Below are positions 19,382 through 29,100 of a stretch of DNA of 64,000 bases, piece after piece. The translations under genes were made by a program, and so were the position numbers. The notes under the pieces were generated by a model, which made no database searches, was not told where the DNA came from, and saw only the letters and a list, made by a program, of their open reading frames with translations. Origin of the DNA: an uncultured Alphaproteobacteria bacterium (GTDB taxonomy: Bacteria; Pseudomonadota; Alphaproteobacteria; HIMB59); contig CACKFO010000002.1 of assembly GCA_902599405.1 (NCBI GenBank), positions 14,077-78,076 of the forward strand. Reading direction: 5' to 3'. How positions within the stretch are numbered: position 1 is the stretch's first letter; every line of letters begins with the position of its first letter.

Positions 19382-21238
19382 AAAACTAGTCAGTTTTTCA
19401 TATATTTTTTTTGAAGAAATACCTGATAATGTGTATTGGTCCTCAATATCAGATTGATCAATAAATTTGTCTTTCATGAAAAAATTTAAAATTTTTGGAG
19501 ATTTAGATGACTCATTTAACAAATAGTTGTTTACTTGACTTGAAAATCCTCCAATTGCGTTCTCCTCTATAGTTACAAAAATTTCGTGATTTTTAATCAG
19601 AGAATTAATAGATTTCTTATCTATCGGTTTAGCAAATCTCATGTCCAACACACTGCATTGAAATTTATAATTTTTTTTAATTAATTCAGAAACCTCCAAG
19701 ATTTTTTGTAGCCGAGTGCCTAAACTGAGAAAAGCAATTCTTTTTCCTTTTTTTACTAGTTTTGCTTCACCCAATTTAATTATATTAAACTTAGCTTTTT
19801 CATTGTAATCATTGGCTAAATTTCTTGGATACCTGATTGCAGATGGTTTGTCATTAATAGTCATAGATAATTTAATCATATTCTTTAATTCCTCTCCACT
19901 TGAAGGAGCCATAACTATGAAATTTGGTAAGCAACATAAATAACTCAAATCGAAAGATCCTGCATGAGTAGCTCCATCAGCACCAACAAAACCTGATCTA
20001 TCTATTAAAAATCTAACTGGCAAAGACTGAATTGCAATATCATGTATTATTTGATCATATGCTCTTTGCAAAAAGGTAGAATATATTGCCACAAAAGGCT
20101 TAACTTTTTCAGTAGCCATACCTCCAGCAAAGGTTACAGCATGTTGTTCTGCTATTCCTACATCATAAAAACGATTTGGGAAAATTTCTTTGAATTTATC
20201 CAAACCTGTTCCTGAGGGCATAGCAGCTGTGATAGCAACTATTTTATTATCCTTTTTTGCTAATTTTAAAAGAGTGTCACTTACAACATTAGTGAACGTT
20301 TTTTCTTTAGATTTATTTTGAACACCAGTTTTTAAGTTAAAAGAAGACACGCCGTGAAATTTATCTTTTGAACTTTCTGCAGGTTTGTAACCTTTTCCTT
20401 TTTTAGTAATTAAATGTAAAAAAACAGGACCATGTAATTCCTTATTTTTGTATTTTTTAAATAATTGAACCAATAATTTTAGATTGTGTCCGTCAATAGG
20501 GCCTAAATAGTTTAAACCAAGTTCTTCAAATAATGTATTTCCAGTTAAATATCCTTTTAAATAACCCTCAGTTTTTTTTGCAAAATCCCCTACTTCGTTG
20601 GGTAATCTTTTTGTAAAATTTTTTATGATATCTCTAAAGCTTTCATATGATTTTGAACTTAATAGTTTTACAAGATATTTGCTCATTGCACCTACTGGTT
20701 CTGCTATAGACATTTCATTATCATTTAAAATAATCAGGGAATTTTTATTTAAATGCCCTAAATTATTAAGACCTTCATAAGCCAATCCTGCACTAATAGC
20801 ACCATCACCAATAATACTAATAACATCAAAATTTTGATTGAGCATATCTCTGGCAGCCGTAATCCCTAAATTGGCTGAAACAGAAGTAGAGCTATGTGCG
20901 GCTCCAAAAGGATCATAAATGCTCTCAGATCTTTTAGTAAAACCTGATAAACCATTTTTTTTTCTTAATGTATGAATTTTGCTTTTTCTACCAGTTAATA
21001 TTTTATGGGGGTAAGTTTGATGACCTACATCCCAAATAATTTTATCTCTTGGAGTATCAAAGACATAATGTAAAGCTGATGTTAATTCTATTACTCCCAA
21101 ACTAGCTCCTAAATGACCTCCTGTTTTCGATACTACTTGAATAGTATAATCTCTTAACTCATCATTAAGTTTTCGTAATTGATTAAATGATAATTTCTTT
21201 AAATCTTTAGGCAGGTTAATTTTACTTAAAATTGACAT
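19373..21238 (-). CDS. dxs: 1-deoxy-D-xylulose-5-phosphate synthase
   Basis: GGHLGASLG, WDVGHQ, GDGA..NDN, IAEQH, YSTFLQRAYDQ. Confidence 0.98.
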   Translation of the reverse strand: MSILSKINLPKDLKKLSFNQLRKLNDELRDYTIQVVSKTGGHLGASLGVIELTSALHYVFDTPRDKIIWDVGHQTYPHKILTGRKSKIHTLRKKNGLSGFTKRSESIYDPFGAAHSSTSVSANLGITAARDMLNQNFDVISIIGDGAISAGLAYEGLNNLGHLNKNSLIILNDNEMSIAEPVGAMSKYLVKLLSSKSYESFRDIIKNFTKRLPNEVGDFAKKTEGYLKGYLTGNTLFEELGLNYLGPIDGHNLKLLVQLFKKYKNKELHGPVFLHLITKKGKGYKPAESSKDKFHGVSSFNLKTGVQNKSKEKTFTNVVSDTLLKLAKKDNKIVAITAAMPSGTGLDKFKEIFPNRFYDVGIAEQHAVTFAGGMATEKVKPFVAIYSTFLQRAYDQIIHDIAIQSLPVRFLIDRSGFVGADGATHAGSFDLSYLCCLPNFIVMAPSSGEELKNMIKLSMTINDKPSAIRYPRNLANDYNEKAKFNIIKLGEAKLVKKGKRIAFLSLGTRLQKILEVSELIKKNYKFQCSVLDMRFAKPIDKKSINSLIKNHEIFVTIEENAIGGFSSQVNNYLLNESSKSPKILNFFMKDKFIDQSDIEDQYTLSGISSKKIYEKLTSFLK

Positions 21239-21250
21239 TAGAATTTTAAG

Positions 21251-21475
21251 TTATTTAAATTCGGTTGAAGTTAAAGATTTATTTCTCTTCACAATTTTAT
21301 CTATTTTAAGTTTTGCAGATTTTAGTTTGTCTTCGCAAAATTCTTTTAGCTCTATTCCCTCTTCAAATAGCTTTATACTATCCTCAAGGGGCGTATCCTC
21401 ATTCTCTAATAAATCGGATATTTCCTCCAATCTTTTTAGTGCACTTTCAAAGTTATTATCTTTTTTTTTATTCAT
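21251..21475 (-). CDS. xseB: Exodeoxyribonuclease VII small subunit
   Basis: FESALKRLEEI..LE...PLEDSIKLFEEG. Confidence 0.95.
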   Translation of the reverse strand: MNKKKDNNFESALKRLEEISDLLENEDTPLEDSIKLFEEGIELKEFCEDKLKSAKLKIDKIVKRNKSLTSTEFK

Positions 21476-22388
21476 TTGAGTACTCAACTAATCTTTTAAG
21501 ATGGTTATTTAAACCATTATGCAAACCTATCATATCGTATCCGCCCTCTAAGACAGATATTATTGGAACATTATTTGCAAATTTTTCCAATATAATTTTT
21601 GTCACCCAGTAAAAGTCATCATCCTCTAAATTTATAGATGCTAAAGGATCTAACTTATGTGCATCAAAACCAGCAGAGAAATATATCAAATCAAATTTTG
21701 TATCAATTTTATCAACTATATTTTTTCTAAATAAGGATCTAAAAGTGCTAGTATCACAATCGCTAGGCAATGGACAATTAAATATATTACCAACACCAAC
21801 TTCGTCATGTGATCCAGTCCCTGGATAATAAGGGTATTGATGACTTGATGCGTAATAAATATTAGGGTTATTTTCAAAAATATGTTGAGTACCATTTCCA
21901 TGATGCACATCAAAATCTACAATTAATATTTTTTTAAATTTACCAGTATTTAATGCATATTGAGCTGAAATGGCTACGTTGTTAAATACCCCAAAGCCCA
22001 TAGCTTTATTGCTCTCAGCATGATGACCTGGCGGTCTATGTGCACAAAAGAAAACGCCGTTATTTTTATTATTTATAATATAGTTAACCGCATCAACACT
22101 ACCACCAACAGCTAGAAGATAACTATTTAAACTATTTGGGCAAGCAATTGTATCAGGATCAAGATGAGTAAAACCAGAAGTAGGAATAGAATCAAAGATA
22201 TAATTCACATAATTAATATCATGCACCAAAGAAATAATTTGTTTTTCAGCAATAGTCGGCTCAATAAAATTATGTTTTGAATACTCTTCTTTTATTAAAT
22301 TATTTACAACCTCTATCCTTTTGATTGACTCAGGATGATTTCCTGTATCATGATTTTTGTATTCTTCTGAAAATATAATATTTATCAT
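21468..22388 (-). CDS. Histone deacetylase-family amidohydrolase
   Basis: HPES..R, RPPGHHA, DFDVHHGNGT, SAGFDAH, LEGGY; ATGA overlap with the upstream gene. Confidence 0.93.
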   Translation of the reverse strand: MINIIFSEEYKNHDTGNHPESIKRIEVVNNLIKEEYSKHNFIEPTIAEKQIISLVHDINYVNYIFDSIPTSGFTHLDPDTIACPNSLNSYLLAVGGSVDAVNYIINNKNNGVFFCAHRPPGHHAESNKAMGFGVFNNVAISAQYALNTGKFKKILIVDFDVHHGNGTQHIFENNPNIYYASSHQYPYYPGTGSHDEVGVGNIFNCPLPSDCDTSTFRSLFRKNIVDKIDTKFDLIYFSAGFDAHKLDPLASINLEDDDFYWVTKIILEKFANNVPIISVLEGGYDMIGLHNGLNNHLKRLVEYSNE

Positions 22389-23056
22389 TTTAAAAGCTTT
22401 AATAAAAAACTTTGAAACCAATCATAATTTTTAAACTGGTGTTTTTTAAAGTCTTTCATTATTTTATTTAAATTATCTATGTATGGATATTTTATTTTAA
22501 CTATATCGTGCCATCTTTTAATAGTATTAGATGTTACCTCTGGGTGGAATTGAAAACCATATATATCTTTTCTTTTTATTTTAAAAGAGTCTACTTCATA
22601 CAAAATACCCTTAGATAATAGTTCCATATTTTTATTATAGGAAATACCCTCTGTGTGAAATTGTAAAAAGGATAAATTATTTTTAAAAACTTTATTATTT
22701 TTTTTTAAATTTTTCTTATAACCACACTCAAATAATTTAGTTTTTGATTTAGATATTTTTGAACCAAAAATTTTTGCGATTAATTGAGCACCTAAACAAA
22801 TACCGACAATCTGTTTATTTTTTTTTATTATATAATTCAGAAATTTATATTCATAAGAAATAGCCTTTGATTTACTATTTGCACTCTGTTTACCACCGTG
22901 AAAAATAAATAAATCAAATTGATCGATATCTTTTTTTTTTAAAAAATGTAAATTTTTATAAAAGATTGTAGAGGTTTTATGTTTTTTTTGAAAAAATTTT
23001 GATACTACGCTTACATCAGCAACTTCACTATGAATTATTTGCAGTACTCTCTTCAT
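22385..23056 (-). CDS. Class I glutamine amidotransferase-like protein
   Basis: GICLGAQ nucleophile elbow; QFHPE. Confidence 0.85.
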   Translation of the reverse strand: MKRVLQIIHSEVADVSVVSKFFQKKHKTSTIFYKNLHFLKKKDIDQFDLFIFHGGKQSANSKSKAISYEYKFLNYIIKKNKQIVGICLGAQLIAKIFGSKISKSKTKLFECGYKKNLKKNNKVFKNNLSFLQFHTEGISYNKNMELLSKGILYEVDSFKIKRKDIYGFQFHPEVTSNTIKRWHDIVKIKYPYIDNLNKIMKDFKKHQFKNYDWFQSFLLKLLK

Positions 23057-24128
23057 TCTTACTAAAGTTGATGACTGTACCAAATATTATAGCATAAGAA
23101 AGCATTGATGATCCTCCGTAGCTAATAAATGGCAATGTCATTCCAGTAGGTGGTATAAGTTTAATAGAAGAACCTATATTCACAAATGCTTGCAAACACA
23201 TCAAAAAGCATAAACTGAAAATCGTATTAGTAATAAATAAATTTGATGGACTCAAAATAGATCTTCTTACCATTATGAAAAATACTGGATACAAAAAGGC
23301 AACAAATAGACCAAATAAGACACCAAATTCCTCAATTAAAATAGCAAATATAAAGTCATTATGGGACTCAGGGATTGAGTATTTAAGTTGACCTTCACCC
23401 AAACCCACACCAAATAACCCACCAGTTTTAATTGCTGATAAACTTTTCGAAACTTGAGAATTGTCGCCATTTAGGAAATTATCAATTCTGTATGCAACAT
23501 GATCAAATGAAAAATAGGCAATTAACAGAAAAAAAAATCCTATAAAGACTAATAAAATAAAAAGTTTTAAATTTCTAAAATATAAAATTAAAATTAAAGA
23601 AAAAATTGAAATATAAACCAATAATGTTCCTATATCTGGTTGGAGAAGAAGAAGTATTATAACTGTACTTAATATTGCAAAACTTAATAATAAATAAAAA
23701 TTATTTTTCGTTTTAGTATATAAATAACAAAACCAAGAAAACATACAAATAAGAGGTCCTTTTAGTAATTCAGAAGGCTGAATAGAAATAAAATTAAAAC
23801 TTAACCATCTCGTTGCACCTTTAATTTCATATCCAAAAATTGGCACAATTAATAAAAGCAAAATAAAAAAAATACTTAAGATATTTAGAAATTTTCTTAA
23901 ATTATTTTTAGGCAATAAAGATATAAAAATTAAAACACCCAGAGATATAGATAAAAAAATAATATGTTTTAGTATTAATAAAATAGAATATTCAGTACCT
24001 ATTAAAGAATAAATAGCAAGGATGCCAATGAATGATAAAATAAATGGAATTATAAAAAGTTTTTTTGATAATATATACCAATTAGATCCTAATAAACTTT
24101 TGTCATCTCTAAAAAGTATATTTTTCAA
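23028..24128 (-). CDS. ftsW: SEDS peptidoglycan polymerase FtsW
   Basis: GATRW, QPSEL, QPDIGT, PESHNDFIF, GMTLPFISYGGSS. Confidence 0.93.
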   Translation of the reverse strand: MKNILFRDDKSLLGSNWYILSKKLFIIPFILSFIGILAIYSLIGTEYSILLILKHIIFLSISLGVLIFISLLPKNNLRKFLNILSIFFILLLLIVPIFGYEIKGATRWLSFNFISIQPSELLKGPLICMFSWFCYLYTKTKNNFYLLLSFAILSTVIILLLLQPDIGTLLVYISIFSLILILYFRNLKLFILLVFIGFFFLLIAYFSFDHVAYRIDNFLNGDNSQVSKSLSAIKTGGLFGVGLGEGQLKYSIPESHNDFIFAILIEEFGVLFGLFVAFLYPVFFIMVRRSILSPSNLFITNTIFSLCFLMCLQAFVNIGSSIKLIPPTGMTLPFISYGGSSMLSYAIIFGTVINFSKNEESTANNS

Positions 24129-25369
24129 AATATGGCTTTTTTTATAAGTCGATTAAAATAATTTCCACGATCTATATAATTTTTAAAGGAGTCAAAAGAC
24201 TCACCACCAGGAGAAAAAAGTATATATTCATATTTACGTAATTTAACTATTAATTTAAGAAATTTTATTAATTCAATAAGTCTATTAAATTTAAAATAAT
24301 TAGAGTCAATAAGATTTAATTGATTAATAAATAAATCTCTTTGATTACCAAATGTTAGCACTAATGTATTTTTAATATTAAATTTTAAATTTTTATCTTG
24401 TTTCTTAAGTATGCCTCCAAGAATTAAAATTTTTTTTGAACTATTTATTAAATTATTTTTATAAACAGCGTTATTTAAGTTAGTGCACTTGCTATCATTA
24501 TAAATTTTTAGAGAATTTTTATTATAAACTAGCTGAATTCTATGACTTAAATCATCAGAAATATTAATATTTTTTATATTTATTCGTGAGTCGATAAAAT
24601 AAATCAAATTTTTAATTGAGTATAAATTTAATTCTCTAATATGGTTGGGAAGTTCTTTTTTATGTATTATTTTTTCATCATTTAAAATTATTCTATTTTT
24701 ATTGATTTTTAAATGACTTCGATATTTTAAAAATAAGCAATTTGATAAAAATAAAGGTGAATTTTTATATAAAAAAACTTGTATTCGAAATTTAGAGCTA
24801 ATGTAATTTTTAATATTTCTATGGTAATCTAAGTGATCACTAAATATATTTGTAATCAAAGCATAATGTAATTTTAAAAATTTCAATTTATCTAATTGAT
24901 ATGAACTTAATTCAATAATTAAAATATCTATTTTTGATAAATATTTGTTTAAATTTATTTTGTCCAAAATAGTATTTCCAAAATTGCCAATAATTTTAGT
25001 TTTATATTTTTTTGAAAGTATTTGATTAATATAACTACAAGTTGAAGATTTACCCTCTGTTCCTGTTACACCCAAAATTTTTTGAGAGGATATTTCTAAA
25101 CTTAAAAAATCTAAATCGATTAAAATTTTATTTTTATGTTTATATAAAAAATGATTTTTTTCAATCTTGATCGATGGAGATACTACGAAATAACTATATT
25201 GATTAATTTTATTTTCTAAATACTTTTTGCTAATTACTCTTTTATTAATAATTTTTTTAAAGTCATCGTATATATTAAAATTACAATTATTATTTATAAG
25301 ATATTTTTCTACTGATTTCCCGCTTACACCATAACCATAAATTAAAAATTTTTTATTTAATTTTATCAA
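24125..25369 (-). CDS. murD: UDP-MurNAc-L-Ala:D-Glu ligase MurD (diverged)
   Basis: GYGVSG, VSPSI, GTEGKSST, ELSSYQL, DHLDYH, NDSKCTN, SFDSFKNYIDRG; TTG start. Confidence 0.9.
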   Translation of the reverse strand: MIKLNKKFLIYGYGVSGKSVEKYLINNNCNFNIYDDFKKIINKRVISKKYLENKINQYSYFVVSPSIKIEKNHFLYKHKNKILIDLDFLSLEISSQKILGVTGTEGKSSTCSYINQILSKKYKTKIIGNFGNTILDKINLNKYLSKIDILIIELSSYQLDKLKFLKLHYALITNIFSDHLDYHRNIKNYISSKFRIQVFLYKNSPLFLSNCLFLKYRSHLKINKNRIILNDEKIIHKKELPNHIRELNLYSIKNLIYFIDSRINIKNINISDDLSHRIQLVYNKNSLKIYNDSKCTNLNNAVYKNNLINSSKKILILGGILKKQDKNLKFNIKNTLVLTFGNQRDLFINQLNLIDSNYFKFNRLIELIKFLKLIVKLRKYEYILFSPGGESFDSFKNYIDRGNYFNRLIKKAIF

Positions 25370-26446
25370 TTATCTAATTTTTAAAAGTGATAAAGCTAAC
25401 AAACAAAAAAGGAAACTTAATATCCAAAATCTAATTACTATTTTTTGTTCTGATAGTCCTTTTTTTTCATAATGATGATGAAGTGGGGCCATCAAAAATA
25501 CTCTTTTTCCTTTTGATAATCTAAAATATGTAACTTGTATCATCACAGATAAAGTTTCAATTACAAATACACCCCCAGCAACAGCTAATACTATTTCTTG
25601 TTTTAGAAGGATGGACGTTACGGCTAATGAAGCGCCTAAAGATTGTGATCCTGTATCTCCCATAAATATAGATGCGGGACTTGAGTTAAACCATAAGAAA
25701 CCCAGTAATGCTCCAATTGCTGAAGTACAAAAAATTACAATTTCTCCTGATCCGTTTATATAATTAACTAAAAGATAATCAGAAAAATTCATGTTACCTA
25801 AAACATATGCAAATACAGCAAATGTAAGAAATACAAATATCAAAGGCATTGTCACTAATCCATCTAATCCATCAGTCAAATTGGTTGCATTTGTTGAACC
25901 AATTACAATAAATAGAATTAGAACAAAGTAAAAATAGCCAAGTTCAATTGAAACATTTTTTAAAAAAGGAATGCTAAATTGGTTTAAATCAAATCCATTA
26001 TATTTAACAGTAAAATAAATAATTAATGTAGCTGATAGTTGACATAAAAATTTAATTTTAGATGTTATTCCCTTACCTAATTTAACTTTTTGGAAGTCAT
26101 CAAAAAAACCTATCAATCCAAATAAAATTAATGTCAATATCAATATATAGTTAAAACTTGAGAAATTGGAAGTCCACAAAATTGAACTTAAAATTATTGA
26201 AAAAAGAATGAGCACCCCACCTAATGTTGGAGTACCTTTTTTATAGTAATGTGTATCCGGACCATCATTCCTTATAGGTTGACCACTAGGAAAAGCACTT
26301 TTTTGAATTCTAACCCAATGAGGCATAAGTATTAAGACTATTAAAAATGAGGTGACCAAGGATAAGCCCGACCTAAAAGAAATATAACCAAATAAATTAA
26401 ATAAAAATTCTATTTCTCTTAGAGAATATAATAAATCACCTAACAT
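25370..26446 (-). CDS. mraY: Phospho-MurNAc-pentapeptide transferase MraY
   Basis: KKGTPTLGG, NLTDGLDGL, FMGDTGS, MAPLHHHYE. Confidence 0.98.
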   Translation of the reverse strand: MLGDLLYSLREIEFLFNLFGYISFRSGLSLVTSFLIVLILMPHWVRIQKSAFPSGQPIRNDGPDTHYYKKGTPTLGGVLILFSIILSSILWTSNFSSFNYILILTLILFGLIGFFDDFQKVKLGKGITSKIKFLCQLSATLIIYFTVKYNGFDLNQFSIPFLKNVSIELGYFYFVLILFIVIGSTNATNLTDGLDGLVTMPLIFVFLTFAVFAYVLGNMNFSDYLLVNYINGSGEIVIFCTSAIGALLGFLWFNSSPASIFMGDTGSQSLGASLAVTSILLKQEIVLAVAGGVFVIETLSVMIQVTYFRLSKGKRVFLMAPLHHHYEKKGLSEQKIVIRFWILSFLFCLLALSLLKIR

Positions 26447-27734
26447 ATTGTTTTATTATCTTATCTAGTTTGTTTAATCTTGAACCCATTACAAATATAT
26501 TTTTTATATTATTAATTTCTGTATTCAAATAATTGATAGCTGGCATATAGTTTTTATAAAAAATAAATTTGTCAAATTTTTTTTTAAACTTATAGAATTC
26601 TTCTCCTATAAAAATTATTTTTCTTAAATTTAATTTAGTTGCTAATTCAATAATTTGCAGATGAAAAAAATCTGATTGATCTCCTAGTTCCTTCATAGAA
26701 CCTAAAATATATGCTTTTTGTTTAATATTTCTCTTACTAAAGAATAAAATTTGTTTATTTAGTGAATATGGACTTGCATTATAACTATGATCATAGAATT
26801 TAATTTTTTTAATTCCTATATAAGTCAGAACTTCTTTACCCCTGGACTCAATGATTGACTCATCATAAAAAAAATTTTTAAATTTTATTGTGTTTATAAA
26901 TTTTTTAATAAATAAAAAAGATATGATAGCTATGTTTATATAAAATTCCCCTCTAGATGACTCTATAGAGTATTTTCTATTATTATAAATAAAATTTACT
27001 TTGTATATTTTTTTGTTTGAGATAATAAATTTTTTCAGATTTTCAGAATTTATAATATCTACTTTTTGGTTTAGTTTATTATTAATATAATGGGATTCAT
27101 AATTATAATTTACTAACCCACTAATAAGTCTTTTAGATTTAAATATTTTTAGTTTGTTATCTACAAGATGCTTAAAATTTCTAAAATTACCAATATGAGA
27201 ATTTTCAATACCTGTTACTAAGCAATAGTGTGGTTGCAAAGTATTTACTAATTTAAGCATCTCTTTAGGGTTATTAATTCCTAATTCAAATATAGAATAT
27301 TTACTTTTTAAATTCATATTCATTATAGAAAACTGCAAACCCTGGATATTGTTAAAATTTTTATAAGATCTATATGTGCTAATATTATTATTTTTTAGAA
27401 TGTGAAAAATATTCTCTTTAAATGTTGTTTTGCCTACAGATCCAGTTACAGCAATAATTTTACCTTTATAGGAGTCTAATATAAATTTGCAAAACTTTTT
27501 TATAAATAGATTGGTATCTTTAACATGTAATAATTTTGGGTGAGTATTATAAATATTTACAATTACCAACGCTGCTTTCTTTTTTATTGCTTCATTAAAA
27601 TACAAGCTACCATCATTATTTTTTGTTTTTAAACCAATGAAAATATCATTTTTTTTTATTAATCTTGTGTCAAAAACAATGTCAGATTTATATTTCGACT
27701 TTAAATCCTCAATAATTTTATAAATTTTTTGCAT
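26436..27734 (-). CDS. murF: MurF ligase (diverged)
   Basis: DTR, TGSVGKTT, NFNNIQG, ELG, SYNASP, LGSMKELG, GSR. Confidence 0.9.
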   Translation of the reverse strand: MQKIYKIIEDLKSKYKSDIVFDTRLIKKNDIFIGLKTKNNDGSLYFNEAIKKKAALVIVNIYNTHPKLLHVKDTNLFIKKFCKFILDSYKGKIIAVTGSVGKTTFKENIFHILKNNNISTYRSYKNFNNIQGLQFSIMNMNLKSKYSIFELGINNPKEMLKLVNTLQPHYCLVTGIENSHIGNFRNFKHLVDNKLKIFKSKRLISGLVNYNYESHYINNKLNQKVDIINSENLKKFIISNKKIYKVNFIYNNRKYSIESSRGEFYINIAIISFLFIKKFINTIKFKNFFYDESIIESRGKEVLTYIGIKKIKFYDHSYNASPYSLNKQILFFSKRNIKQKAYILGSMKELGDQSDFFHLQIIELATKLNLRKIIFIGEEFYKFKKKFDKFIFYKNYMPAINYLNTEINNIKNIFVMGSRLNKLDKIIKQYVR

Positions 27735-29100
27735 AATTTGATGAAATTACTTTATCATTAAATAGATAAGATTTATTTTTGTAAGTTTGTGTATCTTCAT
27801 GACCTTTTCCAGCAATAATTAAAATACCTTCATTTTTTTTTATGTAACTTACTCCAAATTTTATAGCCTTTCTTCTATTAGGGATTTCAATTGGATTTGA
27901 AGAATACTTCATAAGAGTTTTTCTAATTAAAGAAGGATCCTCATTTCTTGGATTATCGTCAGTTATAATTTGTAAATTAGTATATTTCGAGACGACTTTA
28001 GCAATTTGCTTTCTTTTAGTTTTATCCCTATCACCACCACAACCATAAATAATTATTATATTCTTATTAAGGATTGGGAGTTTTTTTAATAAATTTTCGT
28101 AAGCATCTTTTGAATGAGCATAGTCAATCATTATTACTTTATTCTTTTTGTTATAAATGATTTCAGATCTCCCAGGTGGAAATATTGATTTATTTATTTT
28201 TAATGGAAATTTTTTTATAATTGTACTGTATACCATTAATATAGTTATTATGTTTTTAATCATAAAATCATTAAATGAGCTTATTTTATAAGACTTATTT
28301 TTTATAGTTATTAGATATTTATTATAACTTTTATTAACTATAGATATCTTGTTTTTAGATAAAAATTCATCCTGGACAAACAAGTATTTATCAAAGCTTT
28401 TAAATTTATTTTTTAAATTAAAATCTTGAAGAAACAAAATTGATTTATTCAATTTGTGATGTTTAATGAGGTTTAATTTAGCTGTATGGTAATTATTTAT
28501 ATTTCTGTGATAATCAAGATGATCAGACTTTAAATTTGTTAAAATACAATAATTATAATTTAGATCTCCAATTCTACCTTCGGAGTATCCAATACTGGAA
28601 ACTTCCATAAAAACAAATTTTACCTTATTATCACTTGATATTTGAAGTAAATCGAGTGTTTCAAAATATGAGGGTGTAGTATTATTTAATTTTTTGATTT
28701 TTTTTGAATTAATATAAAAACCTAGAGTACCTATGTAACAAGACCTAACTCCATTTATATTAAATAATCTGTTTGCACCATAGGCAATAGAGGTTTTACC
28801 ATTAGTGCCTGTTACGAAAATTATTTTAAGATAATTAAGTCTATAAAATATCTTAGCTATGTTTTCTAAATCTTTCTTATTTTTATAAAAGAAAAAATTA
28901 ATTGATTTTTTTTTTATATCCTTTTTTAAACTAAATTGACAAATAACGAATTTACAATTTTTCTTAATAGCCAAATTTACATAGTTTATAAATTTAGCTT
29001 TATTTTTACTATCAAATAGAAAAATAGATTTTTTATTACATTCTTGCCAATTAGTAACAATTTTAAAATTTTTTTTTTTTAAAGCTATTAAGTTCATCAA
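27718..29100 (-). CDS. murE: MurE ligase (meso-DAP type, diverged)
   Basis: TGTNGKTS, TTP, MEVSS, DHLDYH, PGR, DYAH, GCGGDRD, DNPR, AGKGHE. Confidence 0.93.
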   Translation of the reverse strand: MMNLIALKKKNFKIVTNWQECNKKSIFLFDSKNKAKFINYVNLAIKKNCKFVICQFSLKKDIKKKSINFFFYKNKKDLENIAKIFYRLNYLKIIFVTGTNGKTSIAYGANRLFNINGVRSCYIGTLGFYINSKKIKKLNNTTPSYFETLDLLQISSDNKVKFVFMEVSSIGYSEGRIGDLNYNYCILTNLKSDHLDYHRNINNYHTAKLNLIKHHKLNKSILFLQDFNLKNKFKSFDKYLFVQDEFLSKNKISIVNKSYNKYLITIKNKSYKISSFNDFMIKNIITILMVYSTIIKKFPLKINKSIFPPGRSEIIYNKKNKVIMIDYAHSKDAYENLLKKLPILNKNIIIIYGCGGDRDKTKRKQIAKVVSKYTNLQIITDDNPRNEDPSLIRKTLMKYSSNPIEIPNRRKAIKFGVSYIKKNEGILIIAGKGHEDTQTYKNKSYLFNDKVISSNYAKNL

